NCBI RefSeq assembly: GCF_006345805.1
Contig: NC_043001.1
Coordinates: 86,800,001-86,864,000, forward strand
Length of the DNA: 64,000 nt
Source of the DNA: Octopus sinensis
Taxonomy: Eukaryota
Direction: 5' to 3'
Shown here: one piece after another, positions 61,493-64,000 of the stretch
Position numbering within the stretch: the stretch's first letter is position 1
Layout: the number at the start of each line of letters is the position of its first letter
The notes under the pieces: model-generated
The model's input: only the letters and a program-made list of their open reading frames with translations
What the model was told of the DNA's origin: nothing
The model's database searches: none
Made by a program: the position numbers and the translations under genes

Positions 61493-64000
61493 ACTGGTCC
61501 AAATATTCTACTTATTTTATGTTCAAACTGGCCAGATCTGGCTTCTCACACCTACCCAACAATGGTATCCTAAAGATAAACAAGCACAACATCGAAATCT
61601 CAAAGTTATGGGACAGTGCATGATTAATTGAAAGCAATGTGAATAAAGAAGCATTACATTTGACAGAATAATCTGGATGAGAAGAATTTTAAAAAGTGTG
61701 AAATTGTGCTTGTCACAGCCTGAAAGGCAGACAACAGGTTGCATGTTAATTTAGTGTATGTTAATTCTCAACAATAAAAACAATCGTTTCATCACCAGCC
61801 AGCCAAACCCTGCCCCACCCCAAAGCACTAAAATAGATGGTGGGGACAAAGCAGTAATCCAAACAATAACAACAAATGTTTTCTGAGATTTGGGCAATTT
61901 GCAACAATTTTCACAGAAGAGAAGCAAAATCAATTGATTTGAACACCAACATATTAGGTACTTATTGAGATGCTTAAACAGGTAAAAAGACAAAATTGAC
62001 ACAAGTGAGATTCAAACACAGAACTGAAGGAAGAAACACCAATGCAACTGTAAACAAAGGGTTAAAATGTTTCTGATAGAAAATAAAGTTATCACTAGTA
62101 CTAGAGATTGAAACTGCTATCTATGGAACTATGAGTGTGAATGAAATTAAGCTAATCCTTTAAGTTGGAGCCCAGGGAAGTCAGTTTTCTTAAGAATCAA
62201 TTAAGTGAAAGACAATCTCGCTTTGGTTATTGACGGTAACTATAAGAGAATACAAGTTAGCATCTATTGGTGATTGGAGAATCAAGGGCAAGCAGGAATA
62301 AGTTTACTGAGATACAAAATAAAGAAAAGAAAGAAATTAAACAGCTTGGCCCTAGGATAGAAAGTACTTGACTACAACTATCAAAATATTACATTAAGAG
62401 AAACTCTCTCTTGGATAAGAAGTCAGTTTATCGATGTTAACACAACCAAATGACCTGGTATATATTCAAACCATCAGCAAAGTGAATTCAGGTTGGAATG
62501 AGATGATGAAAATAGCTGTCTGGATGCTGACAATAGGGCAAAACTAACTGGACATTCAGTTTGTTTTGCCAACATAACTTTTTAGCACTGGAGGCAAACA
62601 AGCATGCATGCACAGAGGGAGAGAGAGACAATACAATTTATTAATTCAGTATGATTGACAAGTACTTTTCCTCTCTTTAAGCACAAAGGGAAATATGTTC
62701 TCACACATAAACAAGGAAAGAGGGAACAGGGAGAGGGAAAAGAGAAGGGAGGGAAATAACTAGAGAAATTAAAATGTCTGTCAAATAAGCATTGAGTCAG
62801 CTCTACCAAATAGCTGGTGCTGAAACAAGCCATGCTAAAAGTATCATACCCAAAACATCTCATACCCAACTGAGGCAATGTAGAATTAAGAGTAAGGTGA
62901 AGAGCTGTGCACTCAGAAACCACAATTCGTAAAAAGGAAAAAAAAAAAAAAGAGTAAAGAAAAAATAAAAATGAAAAACAAAAGACATGGTTATGGCTGT
63001 AGTTCAGGTGTTTAATGGATGTTGCAAATAGCAGTGATCATGAAACTATTAAATATAACTTCCTCAATCAAGAAAAACCAAGCACCAATATAGATTTAAA
63101 TGCTGCGCAATACAGTTTAGTAGAGGTTGAAGAATTCGGGCAATTGGTCTCATTTATTCAGCAACACACTATCATTACAGATTTACAATCAACTAACCTT
63201 TTTCCTTCTTTTACCATGTATCATCACCATCACCATCATCTATGTTGTGTGTGTGGGGGGGGGGCTGTGAAACAACCAGTTGCATGACTTGGCAGCAGTA
63301 GCCTGTGCCATTCATTAAAAACACAACAAACCTCTCTCTACCCCCAGCTGAGAAATATCATTAGGTTAGAAATGTAATTGCTCACTTCAACTAGAAACAG
63401 GAGACTAGAGTAAAATAGATTAATCTCCATCTCCCTTCCACCCTTAGAGAGAGAGGGAGAGAGAGAGAGTCCATGTGTGTGTTTTGGTGATGGCTCATCA
63501 GTAAAAAAAAAATAGCAATGGTGAGTAAATAATTACTATGAAGTCCTGCCTAGCTGCCACTTGAGATTCTCTCTCAGTTTTGGTTCATATGGTGATTGTT
63601 ATTGTTGTATACACCTATAGAGTATATATACCTATAGAGTTTATCTAAAGAAATATTTCTATATTGTATTTCTTTCTCTATCTAGCCAGCTAGTGGTAAT
63701 GTGACAGAGAGGAAGGGGGTAGATGGAAAGACAAAGAGGGAAGGAGGGAGAACTAAAGATAGAGAAACAAGAGGTAAATAACATCAGCCTAACATACTGA
63801 CCAACATTACTAACCACATATTTATAACAATCAATCACTACTTCCACAAGTGTTTGGAAGTACAAAGAGAAAAGAACAAGTACTCAATATATGTAGGGTT
63901 CATTTATTTGAAGCTGGGACCTCAATCCATTTCTAGCCAAAGATTCCTCTGTTTTTATAACATTATTCAAAGGAAATGGTAGAAAATTACAAACATATAG

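Noticed and set aside
63198-63239. Alternative 42-nt first exon MMVMVMIHGKRRKK|gttagt
   Set aside because: The ATGs come from a (CAT/CAC)n microsatellite and the hydrophobic PH beta-1 residues are absent; not excluded but unsupported.

Overview
AT-rich, repeat-dense eukaryotic DNA. Its SINE and LINE-tail families look like those I recognise from Octopus genomes (inference, not searched). One protein-coding gene is well supported: a minus-strand pleckstrin-family gene (PH-DEP-PH). I reconstructed it by hand as 8 GT-AG coding exons from 50229 down to 2487 (928 nt, ~309 aa, all phases consistent). The first coding exon is unresolved, the last lies beyond the left edge, and one intron is 33.5 kb. 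Almost all other ORFs in the supplied track are microsatellite or repeat artefacts. The introns hold a near-complete dead Hsmar1-like mariner, an older mariner split by a TTAA-type MITE, a non-autonomous Helitron, CR1 and RTE LINE fragments nested in SINEs, and many tRNA-derived SINEs. Best leads: (1) a 358-bp unit present in 1.44 tandem copies carrying a minimal hammerhead-ribozyme fold (retrozyme/Penelope-like) at 24137-24651, plus a second hammerhead relic at ~35916-35957; (2) an A-B-inverted A-B template-switch scar giving a 79-bp hairpin at 55724-55964; (3) a possible small same-strand nested gene for a secreted ~88-aa protein at 35282-37011; (4) a 42-nt stop-interrupted candidate for the missing first exon at 54699-54740. 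No CRISPR, rRNA or genuine tRNA gene was seen.
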